A stretch of 64,000 nt of DNA from Eledone cirrhosa (GCA_964016885.1 OZ024742.1:310558001-310622000), one strand, 5' to 3'. Positions 28,950-41,301 are shown, counted from the first letter of the stretch. Notes: generated by a model from the sequence alone, not told the origin. Numbers and translations: made by a program.

Positions 28950-29340
28950 CAATGGGACATAGAAACAGAAATAAATGTATACATATTAAAATAATTACAT
29001 ATCATATGCCAAGGTTTACGATTCAATTTCATACCCCGTCTGGTGAGTTTCAACTGGAAATCAACTACATTTAAAGATTTCTCGCAACCTTTATACATGT
29101 TGCTGCCCAATGGAGTCAAAGAAAAACAGAACAAATTGGAATTAAGAGTGTATGCCTCCATGAGAAAATAGCTTTCTATGTGTGTGAACTTCTCACAAAC
29201 TGCTCAACCAACATTAAATTTAAGAGTTAATGAACATGTTATTTTCACTGTATTTTGAACCACTTGACAAGAGAAGTGTTATTGCTCCGTGGGGATAGTG
29301 TGCTAGAACAACTCAAAAACACATTTATAACTTTTTATAA
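28950..29340. mobile_element. decayed mariner-like remnant
   Basis: GAGAAGTGTTATTGCTCCGTGGGGATAGTGT resembles the mariner C-terminal EKC..RGD.V; a TIR-like sequence lies near 29095. Confidence 0.3.
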
Positions 29341-30459
29341 ACAGATATATATCGAGATGCTTTAATAATCTTATGTCATATGAACAGTTACTATCTAGAC
29401 ACACAAAGAAAATATCTTATTGAAAATTTCAATTCATCTAATCATATACAATTACAATTAAATGAATATATACATATACTTGCACATACACACACCCACA
29501 CACGTGTGTGTGTGGGTGTGTGTATGTGTGTATTTATATATGTGTGTTTATTTGGTGTTCCGTATTTTTAGATCGAAAAATCAAAACAAACAAAATGAAC
29601 TACTGCAATGTGAAACAATTTCAAAGAAGAGCACCAGTACATGGAATATTCATCAACATTTACGCAACACATAGTAAAAGCATGTACAGGGACAAGAAAA
29701 TCCTTATTATTAATAATAAATCATTTTATGGGAGCACAATTACGAAGATATATTTATAACAAGTAACATGAAAGTTAGCTACAGTTGCCACTTCAACGTA
29801 CGATATATCATACAATAAAGCTAAAAGAATAATCATGACTAAAAGAAGCCTGTCACCAAAGATTTTTGAAACATCTGAAGCATCATTTCTATCAACACGG
29901 AATGTTTTAAGAAGAGTATTATGATCGTACTAAGTTGCCAGCTAGAAATAGTGAACAAGATAGTTGTCATATATCACATACAAAGCCCCTTTTCTACAGC
30001 ATACTGCCAGCCCAGAAATTTAAATTAGGCAACGAAATAGATTTATCAAAACATATATGAACGTTTAACTAGAAAGCAGAGTTAAGGGGTATTTTTCTAG
30101 CAGAAAATTAATATATGTTACCCTAAATTTATGAGACCTTCAATAAAAGAGGGAAGCCTATATTCTAATGCAGATATAAATGTAAAACAAAAAAAAAACA
30201 CAACTGATGACCGGCCTAACAAGAATCTACTGGTCATTGTAATATATTATTTCGCTATACTCATAAGCAATCTCAAATATATTACCTAATCTACATACCA
30301 TTGAAATTAATTTAAAAAATGATAAGCGATAATAAGAAATAAAACTAGGCTCAAATGGAAGAATATGCAGGTCAAATTATTGAATTCTCTTACCTAACAT
30401 GAAACTCGTGTAATATACATATATACATGCACACATACATGTATACATACATACATACA

Positions 30460-30754
30460 TGATGATGAGTTTGCAGATCCAGTATCCAAGATACACCTTC
30501 AGCTTCATACACATCATTATTGGGGCTACAGGTTCTATACCAACCCGCTTGAACCAAAGTAAGACTGAACTTGGATTTGTGGACAAAGAGCTCACCTCCC
30601 TAATTCATAGACTACAAATAGCCGCGATATCTGGCATCTTCATAATTTGCAAAACATTCTTGCGATTCAAGGGATGACCATTTCTTTTCTTTTACAACCT
30701 TGCCACCAGGAAGGTGACTGGTCAAAAATGTACTCGAAAAGAAAAGAAAGAGAA
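30460..30754 (+). mobile_element. 3' fragment of the R4/Dong-like element in (CATA)n
   Basis: Encodes SLQIQYPRYTFSFI..CKTFLRFKG, matching the C-terminus of the 846-aa ORF. Confidence 0.92.
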
Positions 30755-30823
30755 CATATACGTATACATACATACACACATACATACATACATACATACA
30801 TACATACATACATACATACATAC

Positions 30824-31059
30824 GTGCTACGGGTTATATACCAACCCGCTTGGACCGAAGTATGACTGAACTTGGATTTGCGGACAAAAAGCGCAGCTCC
30901 CTAATTCATAGTCTACAAATGGCTGCGATAGCTGGCACCTTCAAAATTTGCAAAACATTCTTGCGATTCAAGGGATGACAATTTCTTTTCTTTTACAACC
31001 TTGCCACCAGGAAGGTGGCCGGTCAAAAAAATATACTCGAAATTAAGAGAAAGAGAAAA
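30824..31059 (+). mobile_element. 3' fragment of the R4/Dong-like element in (CATA)n
   Basis: Near-identical to 34950-35185. Confidence 0.92.
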
Positions 31060-31089
31060 GATACATACATACATACATACATACATACA

Positions 31090-31745
31090 TCCGCGTCCAC
31101 GATTTTGTAGATGACTTTGTAGACCAGCTTCAGATCTGTATGGTTTGCGACACAGGTGATAGAAGAGAGTTGTGCTTTTCACAGGATTGGTGTGGTCGTT
31201 TTGTGAAGTACAATCTTTATGCACCACCATGTATTTTTTTAGTCCGGAACTAGTTCTACACATTTTGTTGTATATCACCAATATTGTTTAACCAGGTCTT
31301 TGTTGAGTGGTGTTGCAAGTGGTTGTTCTTTCGTGTGACTTTAGGTCAGTCATGGGCAACCTGCAGCACGCTAATCTTTCTGAATGGTTCGCTTAAGTCA
31401 CCTAACTGAAATCTTTCTGATTTTTTTTACCCCAAATTTTCAGTCGTAATTTATCTTTCTATCATTTTTACGATCGAGAAAACAACATGTACGAATTATG
31501 AAGAAATAAATCAAAACAACCTGAGTTACAGCCCTTTTTTTAATGTGGGCACGAATGTGAATTAGATCCTGCGGCTCGCCTGATAATGAGCCATATCTCA
31601 TGCAGCCCGTTTCTCGAAAAAGGTTGCCCATGCCTGCTTTAGGTAATTAACGTAACCAGCTTTTGAGATGAGCTCACGGTAACAGAATTTGCATACATAC
31701 ATACATGATGGCTGCCCCCTCGTTGTCGAGTATGGCCATTGCACG
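31090..31745 (-). mobile_element. RTE-like 3' ends with degenerate C2H2 fingers and (ATGT)n tails, split by a hAT MITE
   Basis: CKFCYRELISKAGYVNYL|KSH..CRTSSGLKKY..LCRKPYRSEAGLQSH is followed by (ATGT)n. A GGCAGCCATC-(ATGT)n 3' end matches the one at 35221. Confidence 0.6.
31347..31637. mobile_element. hAT MITE
   Basis: TIRs CAGTCATGGGCAACCT / AGGTTGCCCATGCCTG, with a perfect 8-bp TSD CTTTAGGT at 31339-31346 and 31638-31645. Confidence 0.92.
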
Positions 31746-31771
31746 AGAAAAAAAAATATATATAGAGAGAG

Positions 31772-31812
<41 letters not shown>

Positions 31813-31828
31813 TATTAATAACAATAAT

Positions 31829-32230
31829 AATAATTGTTTCTACTTTAGGCACAAGGCCAGCAATTACCCAGTGCATTACTGGTACTTTATTTTATCGACC
31901 CCGTAAGGATAAAAGGCAAAGTCAACCTCGGCGGGATTTGAACTCAGATCGTAAAGGGACGTAACTATGCTGGAAAGCATGACGTCCGACCCTCCACCGA
32001 TACTGCCAATCCACCACCCTTATAATAACAATAATAATAATAATAACTGTTTCTACTTTAGGCACAAGGCCAGCAAAATACCCAGTGCATTACTGGTACT
32101 TTATTTTATCGACTCCGTAAGGATGAAAAGCAAAGTCAACCTCGGCGGGATTTGAACTCAGATCGTAAAGGGACGTAACTATGCTGGAAAGCATGGCGTC
32201 CGACTCTCTACCTATACTGCCAATCCACCG
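31829..32230 (-). mobile_element. two tandem tRNA-derived SINE copies
   Basis: Consensus SINE at about 31829-32015 and 32045-32230, separated by (AAT)n. Confidence 0.85.
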
Positions 32231-32286
32231 ATAATAATAGTAATAATAACAACAATAATAATAACGACAACAACAACAATAATAAT

Positions 32287-32350
<64 letters not shown>

Positions 32351-32396
32351 GCACACACGTAAACATATCTATATACACACACACACAGGATAGCAA

Positions 32397-32592
32397 CTAA
32401 CAGCGCTGCGATCGAATGTGGCTTTTTAGCCTAGCCAATGATATAAAATGTCTTGCACAGAGTCGGCAACCAAAACATTCACTGGGAATAGCCGGCTGTG
32501 GTTGGAGTACATGTACTTTTGCATGTCGCTTGAGCCCTCCTGCTGATTTACATTCTCTACCACATGCTTGGTAAGCATGATGAGTATTATTA
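32397..32592 (-). mobile_element. RTE-like C2H2 3' remnant
   Basis: ACGRECKSAGGLKRHAKVH..CRLCARHFISLARLKSHIR*. Confidence 0.55.
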
Positions 32593-32629
32593 TACATACA
32601 TACATACATACATACATACATACATACAT

Positions 32630-35104
32630 AGAGATCCTAAATCAGTTTATCGCAGCTTCGGTGGCAAAAGCTCAATCCCTGTAAACGACACCCCTTCAAA
32701 AGAACAGGTTGAGAACTACTGGAGATCTGTATGGGAAACGGATGACGGATTCAACAGACAAGCTAATTGGCTAAAACAACTGGAACAGGACTACTGCCAA
32801 CATGTCCAGACAAAACAATATGACATAGATGGGTCAATACTGGAAACAGCTCTACAGAAAATGTCGAATAGGAAATCGCCAGGCCCAGACCTCATTACAG
32901 GATACTGGTTGAAGAATTTCACTTTCTATCGGCAAGATCTCATACGGCTGTTTACAGAAACCATTAAGGGCACACAAGAACTGCCCAGATGGTTATCAAC
33001 TGCCACTACTCTCCTCATTCCCAAAAATAGCCAAACCACCCTTGCTAAAAATTACCGCCCAATTGCCTGCCAAAACATCATGTATAAATTATATACTGGG
33101 TGCCTTAACCTGTTCTTACAAGATCACTGTGCTACCAACAACATCATAACACCTGAGCAAGCTGGTGGAAAGAGGGAGGTGTGGGGTTGCATAGATCACC
33201 TACTAACTAACAAAATGATTCAGGAAAAAACAACAAAGAATCGCAGAAACATGACTGTCGTGTGGCTGGACTATCAAAAAGCATTTGATAGTGTACCTCA
33301 TGGGTGGATTATTAAGGCTTTACAGTTAGCTAAAGTCCCACAACCATTAGTAGCTGCTGTTGAACGCCTGACCAAGAACTGGTACACCAATTTGATCCTT
33401 AGAGGTGAGAAGGAGCAGGTTAAGACTGATAGGATACATTACCAGAAGGGCATCTTTCAGGGTGATAGCTTGTCAGTACTACTCTTCGTTCTCTCACTGA
33501 ATCCACTATCTTACCTACTCAGGAAACAAGGTGGACAAAGAAGTGGGCCCAGAAGTATCTCCCATCTTTTCTTTGTTGATGACCTGAAGTTGTATGGGCC
33601 AAATATCAATGACATCAAGAAACAATTGGACCTCATTACACAATTTTCAACCGACATCAAAATGAAATTTGGTGAGTCCAAGTGTGCATATTTGGCAGTA
33701 AAACGTGGAAGAGCTGTGCCCTCCTCTAGAAATCTAGATATGAACGGCCTGACAATACAACCTCTGCAGTCAGGTGACAACTACAGATATCTTGGACAGG
33801 ATGAGAATGTCAGATATGATGGACCCATAAATAAGGAGAGAACCAGAACTGAATACCTCAGAAGAGTAAAAAAAATATGGTCATCAGAACTGTCAGCATA
33901 CAACAAATACATTGCCCACAATACCTATGCTGTGCCAATTCTAACGCCAACATTTGGCCTACTGAACTGGTCATTGCAAGAACTAAGTGAGATGGATGTT
34001 AGAACTCGTAAACTTCTCAGTGTTACTGGGAACTTTAACATCAATGGTGATGTGGATAGGCTATACTTCTCACGCAAGGAAGGTGGCCGGGGTCTAAAAT
34101 CAATATTAACAACATATGAAACCCGGATAGTAACACTGAAGCAACACCTTCAACAGAGGAAAAAGGTTGGCGACCATCTTGCTCAGGTTTATGAGCATGA
34201 AAAAAGAAATATCATTAGAATAGCGACTGATCTGGAGGAGAGATATGGAATAAAGCCTGATATAAATCTCTCACCCAGAGAAATCGGAAGATCCTATTCA
34301 ATGTTCAAACAAGAAAAAAAAATTGACCAATTTACAGAGAAAGTTGTGCATGGATACTTGAGGCGTAAAACACAGACCATAGAGGGGATAAACCACTCAA
34401 AAAGCCTGGCATGGAGTTCCGACAAGTTTATGACATCACACCTTGAGGGATATCTCTATGCAATACAGGAACAAGAACTCCCTACCAAATATCTGCTGCA
34501 CAAAAGAGGAGGGCCAGCAGCTGACAATAAATGTAGGCTATGTAAAACAAAGATCGAGGATGTAAGCCACATTGTTGCCAGCTGCGAAAGAATGTCATCT
34601 CGCTACTACCTCCCCATGAGACACGATGGGATAGCTAGAACTATCTGGAACGCACTTCGGAAAACAAAATTAACAACAAACGAGGAAGAATATATTGAGA
34701 CAGATGGCACTAAGGAATACTGGTGGAACCTGAAAATAAAAACTGCCACCAAATTAAAGCACAACCAGCCTGATATTGTAGTTTGGGACCACACATTGAA
34801 AACGTGTTCTGTTGTGGAGATCAGCTGCCCACTTGATGTAAACGTTGTCAGAAAAATACAGGAGAAGGAGGACATCTACGGACCATTGATGAGGAGCTTA
34901 CAAATCCAGTATCCAAGATACACCTTTAGCTTCATACCCATCATTATTGGTGCTACGGGTTATATACCAACCCGCTTGGACCAAAGTATGACCGAACTTG
35001 GATTTGCGGACAAAAAGCGCAGCTCCCTAATTCATAGTCTACAAATGGCTGCGATAGCTGGCACCTTCAAAATATGCAAAACATTCTTGCGATTCAAGGG
35101 ATGA
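32630..35104 (+). CDS. RT + CCHC + restriction-like endonuclease polyprotein (N-terminally truncated, no internal stops)
   Basis: ORF 32564..35104; the first roughly 22 codons come from flank and microsatellite. Confidence 0.85.
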   Translation, partial: RDPKSVYRSFGGKSSIPVNDTPSKEQVENYWRSVWETDDGFNRQANWLKQLEQDYCQHVQTKQYDIDGSILETALQKMSNRKSPGPDLITGYWLKNFTFYRQDLIRLFTETIKGTQELPRWLSTATTLLIPKNSQTTLAKNYRPIACQNIMYKLYTGCLNLFLQDHCATNNIITPEQAGGKREVWGCIDHLLTNKMIQEKTTKNRRNMTVVWLDYQKAFDSVPHGWIIKALQLAKVPQPLVAAVERLTKNWYTNLILRGEKEQVKTDRIHYQKGIFQGDSLSVLLFVLSLNPLSYLLRKQGGQRSGPRSISHLFFVDDLKLYGPNINDIKKQLDLITQFSTDIKMKFGESKCAYLAVKRGRAVPSSRNLDMNGLTIQPLQSGDNYRYLGQDENVRYDGPINKERTRTEYLRRVKKIWSSELSAYNKYIAHNTYAVPILTPTFGLLNWSLQELSEMDVRTRKLLSVTGNFNINGDVDRLYFSRKEGGRGLKSILTTYETRIVTLKQHLQQRKKVGDHLAQVYEHEKRNIIRIATDLEERYGIKPDINLSPREIGRSYSMFKQEKKIDQFTEKVVHGYLRRKTQTIEGINHSKSLAWSSDKFMTSHLEGYLYAIQEQELPTKYLLHKRGGPAADNKCRLCKTKIEDVSHIVASCERMSSRYYLPMRHDGIARTIWNALRKTKLTTNEEEYIETDGTKEYWWNLKIKTATKLKHNQPDIVVWDHTLKTCSVVEISCPLDVNVVRKIQEKEDIYGPLMRSLQIQYPRYTFSFIPIIIGATGYIPTRLDQSMTELGFADKKRSSLIHSLQMAAIAGTFKICKTFLRFKG

Positions 35105-35185
35105 CAATTTCTTTTCTTTTACAACCTTGCCACCAGGAAGGTGGCCGGTCAAAAAAATATACTCGAAATTAAGAGAAAGAGAAAA
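32631..35185 (+). mobile_element. 5'-truncated R4/Dong-like non-LTR retrotransposon
   Basis: Open frame with RT (KSPGPD, YRPIAC, WLDYQKAFDSVPH, GIFQGDSLS, FVDDLKLY), CCHC (CRLC..HIVASC), RHD and a restriction-like endonuclease (QPDIVVWD..VVEISCP). (CATA)n lies on both sides. Confidence 0.93.
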
Positions 35186-35220
35186 CATACATACATACAT
35201 ACATACATACATACATACAT

Positions 35221-35825
35221 GGTGGCTGCCAACTCGTTTTCGAGTACGGCCACTACTTTATATCCATGGAGGAGAACTCCTACCGATGCGCTGAACGAAT
35301 GTGACTTTAGTCCAGCCAGCGACTTGAAAACTCTGGTACAAACACTACACCTGTGACAATTATTGACACATAGTACTAGATCCATGGTACCATGTGACGA
35401 CAAGTGCAGAGAGATCTCCAGATATAAAGCAATGCCTGTACCGTGAAGCTTTTATAGTGAGCAAAGCCACTGCACAAAGCCAGTCCCACTCTCTTAACCA
35501 AGATGATATTTACCAAAAAGAAGAACAAGTCAACATCATTGGATACCATCAGAGTTGCAGGTGTTATATCAGAGTTTTCCTTCTCCTAGAATTCTGCCTT
35601 GACAAAGGCTAAGGGGTCATCTCTCCCAGTGATTTTGGATGGCCATTGACACTTAAGAGCTCCTTTGCCCTTTGACAGGTTTTGTTTTTAGTCCTGCAGG
35701 ATGTCCAAAGTCACCCTCCTCACCCAGAAACCTTGGTGGGGTTGCCAGGTTAGTCGCCAACGACCCGACCATGGGACAGGTTGTACTGGGATACATGTTA
35801 CTAGTAGCACCAACTGGTGACCTGA
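35221..35825 (-). mobile_element. about 600-bp non-autonomous RTE-derived element (5' UTR joined to C2H2 3' end)
   Basis: RTE-type 5' UTR motif CTAGGAGAAGGAAAACTCTGA, CSVCTRVFKSLAGLKSH near the 3' end, and an (ATGT)n tail. Confidence 0.75.
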
Positions 35826-35926
35826 CATACATACATACATACATACATACATACATACACACATGCATACATACACACACGCATGCATACATACACACAT
35901 ACATACATATATGCATACTTACATAC

Positions 35927-35959
<33 letters not shown>

Positions 35960-35971
35960 CATATACATGTA

Positions 35972-36004
<33 letters not shown>

Positions 36005-36112
36005 ACTTACAGACAGACATACATACAAACATGCATACATACATACAAACATACATACACACATACATACAACTTACAGACATACACACATACAAATATA
36101 TATATACATGCA

Positions 36113-36460
36113 TGGTGGCTGCCGACTCGTTTTCGAGTACGGCCACTACTTTATATCCATGTAGGAGAACCCCTACCAATGCGCTGAACGAATGTGACTT
36201 TAGTCCAGCCAGCGACTTGAAAACTCTGGTACATACACTACACCTGTGACAATTATTGACACATAGTGCTATGCCCATGGTACCATGTGACGGCAAGTGC
36301 AGAGAGATCTCCAGATATAAAGCAATGCCTGTGCCGTGAAGCTTTTATAGTGAGCAAAGCCACTGCACAAAGCCAGTCCCACTCTCTTAACCAAGATGAT
36401 ATTTACCAAAAAGAAGAACAAGTCAACATCATTGGATACCATCAGGGTTGCAGGTGTTAT
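36113..36460 (-). mobile_element. 5'-truncated copy of the 35221-35825 element
   Basis: Near-identical to 35221-35568. Confidence 0.85.
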
Positions 36461-36944
36461 ATATACTCACACTAGATACAGGGGTTATTGTTCTAAGCCT
36501 ATATCTCTTCATAATTCCTTTATCCAATCTGTCATTTTCTACTACGTTCGTTCTTATAAATGGATGTTTGCTTGCGACGTATTTCCGCTGTTACATTTAG
36601 CACATCAAGAGACTATATAAAGATCCCTTTTGCTGTCTCGAATTTCAGAGCATAAAAAATAAGCGAGTAATTCAGTTTCATGTTTATACAGTTATTAGTA
36701 TGAATTATCAGGTCTTCAATAATGTTTCGGCTACAATACCTGTCAACAATGACGATCCGTGAGTCAGGGATACCTCTGACTATCACCAGAGAGCAGTTCA
36801 TCCCACTTCCCTATAAAATATAATACTTCACAATTAACAAGCTCATATAAAAACTATTAAAGTTTCTTTATTTTGTTGTCTTGTATCCCAGCCTGTGGTC
36901 TAAGACATATATTATGCCTCTCGCCAGAATATATTGTGCCTGTT

Positions 36945-37190
36945 TTTATGTATGTATGTATATATATATGTGTGCGTGTATATGTATATATGTATGTATA
37001 TATATATATGGAGGGGGGTATGCGTGTACGTCCGGATGTGTGTGTATGTGTATGCATGTGTGTATATATATATATACATACATACATACACATGTAGGTA
37101 TGCATATATACATATATATAGATATATATATATGTGAATATGTATATGTATATATATATATATACATATATATATGTGAATATGTATATG

Positions 37191-37250
<60 letters not shown>

Positions 37251-37375
37251 TATAAATATATATATATATATACATATATACATATATATATATATATATT
37301 CATACATATATATACATATAGATATATATATGTATATATACATATATATATATCTATATGTATATATATGTATAA

Positions 37376-37408
<33 letters not shown>

Positions 37409-37432
37409 CATACATATATATATATGTATATA

Positions 37433-37468
<36 letters not shown>

Positions 37469-37473
37469 CATAC

Positions 37474-37530
<57 letters not shown>

Positions 37531-37535
37531 CATAC

Positions 37536-37570
<35 letters not shown>

Positions 37571-37582
37571 CATATACATGTA

Positions 37583-37615
<33 letters not shown>

Positions 37616-37737
37616 CATGTAATATATATACATACATATATACATACATATATATATATACATATATATACATATATATACATATATATATACATATGTA
37701 TATACATATATATATACATATATACATATATACATAC

Positions 37738-37782
<45 letters not shown>

Positions 37783-37788
37783 CATGTA

Positions 37789-37837
<49 letters not shown>

Positions 37838-37860
37838 CATATATACATATATATATATAC

Positions 37861-37912
<52 letters not shown>
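36945..37912. repeat. long compound (TA)n/(TACA)n microsatellite; similar tracts at 13745-14440, 19458-19990, 20880-21468, 48918-49400, 50780-51370 and 51936-52387
   Basis: Seen directly in the sequence. Confidence 0.95.
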
Positions 37913-37914
<2 letters not shown>

Positions 37915-38659
37915 TGAAGGTGTATATGTGTTTATGTGCTTATGCGTGTATATATGTATTCGTATGCATGAATATACATACATGTATACGTCTAAATATG
38001 TATATACATGTGTATAGACGTGTATGTAGTTGAGTCGCCGGTTGAATAAAAAAATATATATAATAAACACAAACGTAAGGAAACTGAAACTCCGTCTATT
38101 TAACCTCTGTTACAAAAGGAAATGTATAGGCTTGCGTGAAGTTCAAGGATCAGAATAAATAAGGCACGCGCATAGCTTAAAAACTTAAAGGGTGGCCTGA
38201 TACGGTGAGAATAACTTTGTGAAGAAAAAAAATTAAAGATAAATAACAATTCATAAAGTTGTAATCACAAATAAATACTAAACTGTAGTTTATATACTTG
38301 AATGCTCAAGTGAACACTTAGTTTCAATTGCGTGTATGGATATAATCATACGAATGCCACACAACCATCCTAGTATCTAAGAGTTGTTGAATGTGAGAAG
38401 AGAGAAGCAATGGTTTTCTTTTTCATCAGAAGAACTAACAAGATAGTTACGTATATAAACAGATAGAAATAGAGACAGCAAGCCACACAAACACACACAT
38501 ACATACATATATGTATATATACACATACATGCATATATATATGATACATATATACACATATATATATATGTATATATGTATATATATATATATATATAAT
38601 ATATATATATATGTATAATGTAGAAGGTGAGTAATATTGTAGAACAATAAAACTATGCA

Positions 38660-39025
38660 TATATCAGATAACTAGCACTCAACAGTTGGTATAACTGGAG
38701 TATATATTAAAGAAGAAATTAAAAGATGGTTAAAGAAGTTCCATATATTTTATCATGCGCATTTCCAAAACAACATCATCCTGGGACAAAAAATGTGTTC
38801 TCATCAGATAAAATAAGGTAACATGATATGAGGCCTAAAAACACTTGTCAACAGGAAAGTGTAGACCTTGCACTTTCCTTTTGACAAGTATTTTTAGGCC
38901 TCATATTATGTTACCTTATTTTATTTGATGAGCACACAATTTTTGTCCCAGGATGATGCTGCTTTCGAAATGCGCATAATAAAATATATGGAACTTCTTT
39001 AACCCTCTTTTAATTTCTTATTTTA
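38660..39025. mobile_element. fold-back element with hammerhead motifs at 38746-38815 (-) and 38917-38986 (+)
   Basis: Imperfect palindrome centred at 38866. Arm consensus is TATTTTAT-CTGATGA-..-GAAA-TGCGCA-TA-ATAAAATA. Confidence 0.85.
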
Positions 39026-39029
39026 TATG

Positions 39030-39076
<47 letters not shown>

Positions 39077-39287
39077 CGAAGGAAATGTGGTAAGGAACCA
39101 GGTGGACCATAACGCACCAAAGTACTCAATACTTGAGGTAGTAGAGTGGGTAATAGGAACCAGTAAGACCCCGACGGCTAATTCTTAGAATTAGCCGTCG
39201 AAACGGCTTGAGCTCAGCTGTCGGGGTCTTACTGGTTCCTATATATATATATATATATATATAAATATATATATACATACTTGTATG

Positions 39288-39332
<45 letters not shown>

Positions 39333-39579
39333 GTGTGTATGTTTGTGTATAGGATTGGCTGAACGAACAGGAGAAACAAAACACAATACAAGTTTAGAGT
39401 CGCATATACACTATTATAGCTATAACTGTACATCAGTAACTAACGGGTCTGCAGTTTTATGATAAGGGGTATTTATCACCTTCCTAAGAGACCTTAAGCA
39501 CGAAACCTTAAGCCCTCGACTCACTGAGGTAATTTTGCGGATATGATAAATTGTATATATATATATATATATACATATA

Positions 39580-39910
39580 TAGAAAAGCTTCTACAGGACT
39601 GGCACTGTTTCATTCGTGAAAAATCTGATTTCTCATGAATGAAACAGATCTAGTCCAGTAGAAACTTTTCTATATTAAACATTTATACTCTGCCTTGTAT
39701 TGAGTACCTTACTTACTGTGGCTACCCCCGATTGAACCCGGGATAACTTATATATATGCATATATATATTTATAAGTTTATCCCGGGTTCAATCGGGGGT
39801 AGCCACAGTAAGTAAGGTACTCAATACATAACAGAGTATAAACATTTAATATAGCTTCCTGATGATTTCTCCCGAATGAAACAGTTCTAGTTCTGTAGAA
39901 GACATTTCTA
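39580..39910. mobile_element. family C nested fold-back element
   Basis: Inverted repeats 39580-39672 and 39670-39852. CTGATGA-TTTCTCCCGAAT-GAAAC occurs at about 39859. A related short remnant lies at 13376-13412. Confidence 0.7.
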
Positions 39911-40040
39911 TCTCTCTCTCTCTATATATATATATATAACCACGCAGCGCAAATATTCATAAGATCCCGTAATAGGGTGAAAGCAGCAGTTCTTTACATA
40001 AACTTTAATCTGTACTAATAATAAATATATATATATATGT

Positions 40041-40083
<43 letters not shown>

Positions 40084-41301
40084 ATGCAAACAGAGAGGGA
40101 AAGATATTCTGGATGATAAACGCTAGATTTATGTGCAACATTTTAAAGTAGTTAGAATGAAAGATAGATAGAATCTTTTATTCTTTTACTATTTTACTCT
40201 TTCCAGCATTGAATTGCGGTCATCCTAGGGCACTTCACTTACGGGATTCTGTCGATCATATCTAACGCAATACTTATTTTAGTTTGCTTTATAGTTTACT
40301 GATATTTATTTTTCGTGTCACTGAGTTACGCTTTGATATAGAAAGAGATAGAAAATCTTTCGGATATGCGCACTAGCATATGTGAAAAGTGTTTCTTCCT
40401 TGACCTTCTGTAATATAGTAAGTTCCATGATGATTCATAACCCCAGTAATCTTTCAGCAGGTGGTCATTCCTCTTGATTAGCATGAGGTAGTGATTAGGG
40501 TTTGGGAACTTGATATTTCACCCTCAAATGTATTAGCGACATTACTATAAAAAATGATAAAGTCGAGAATATATTCTTGGCCATAAGGGGAGCTAAACAC
40601 CTAATCGATGCCGTCTATAGTTTTAGAGAATCCACAAGTCGGATGAGCTATTGACTCTAAATTCGGGCACGATCAATACCGATTGCTCATTGAGGTGATC
40701 GATTCCGAAACGCGCGTCACATGTGAATAATCATAATGATGCTATATTGATACTTTGTTCTTGCTAATTATTCCAGTTTCCGTGAAATGACTGAGAGTAC
40801 AAGACTGCCACCTGAGCAGGGCCTCAGTTAATTGCATGGTTAAAAACCCAGCTACTGTTACTGGTACTTCTTTTCAGCTGGGTATACTACAGCAACGTGT
40901 TTTGATCAAGAACACAACAGGCAACCCAGTCCAGGAATCGAACCCACAACATAATGATTGTAAGTCCAACAACCTTACCACTAGGACGAACGCCTCCATC
41001 TACGTATATATCAATATCAAAATATATATGAATATTTAATTTAGGAATACGAACAGTCACACAAATCCATTACATTGACCGCAGTACTCGACTTGTACCT
41101 TATTGTATTGAATTCAGGATAAAGGGTAAAGATCGCCACGGCAGAATTTAAACTCAAATCATTAAGAGCTGCATCAAATGATACTCTGCAAATCAACCAC
41201 ATTACCATAAAATACACTTTACAATGATATAATTACATATATATATATACAATAATACAAATATACAATAATACATATATATATATATATATATATACAT
41301 A

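Noticed and set aside
29600-30370. Possible LINE endonuclease fossil (INIYATH)
   Set aside because: A single weak motif is insufficient support.
31829-32230. Tandem repeats as a CRISPR array or tRNA genes
   Set aside because: These are SINE copies in eukaryotic DNA, with no repeat-spacer structure and no full cloverleaf.
31090-36250. C2H2 motifs as host zinc-finger genes
   Set aside because: There are no TGEKP linkers; the motifs are degenerate and sit at repeat 3' ends next to (ATGT)n tails.
20344-40720. Further hammerhead-like fragments at 20344, 27773 and 40690
   Set aside because: Only half of the core is recognisable in each, too degenerate to call.
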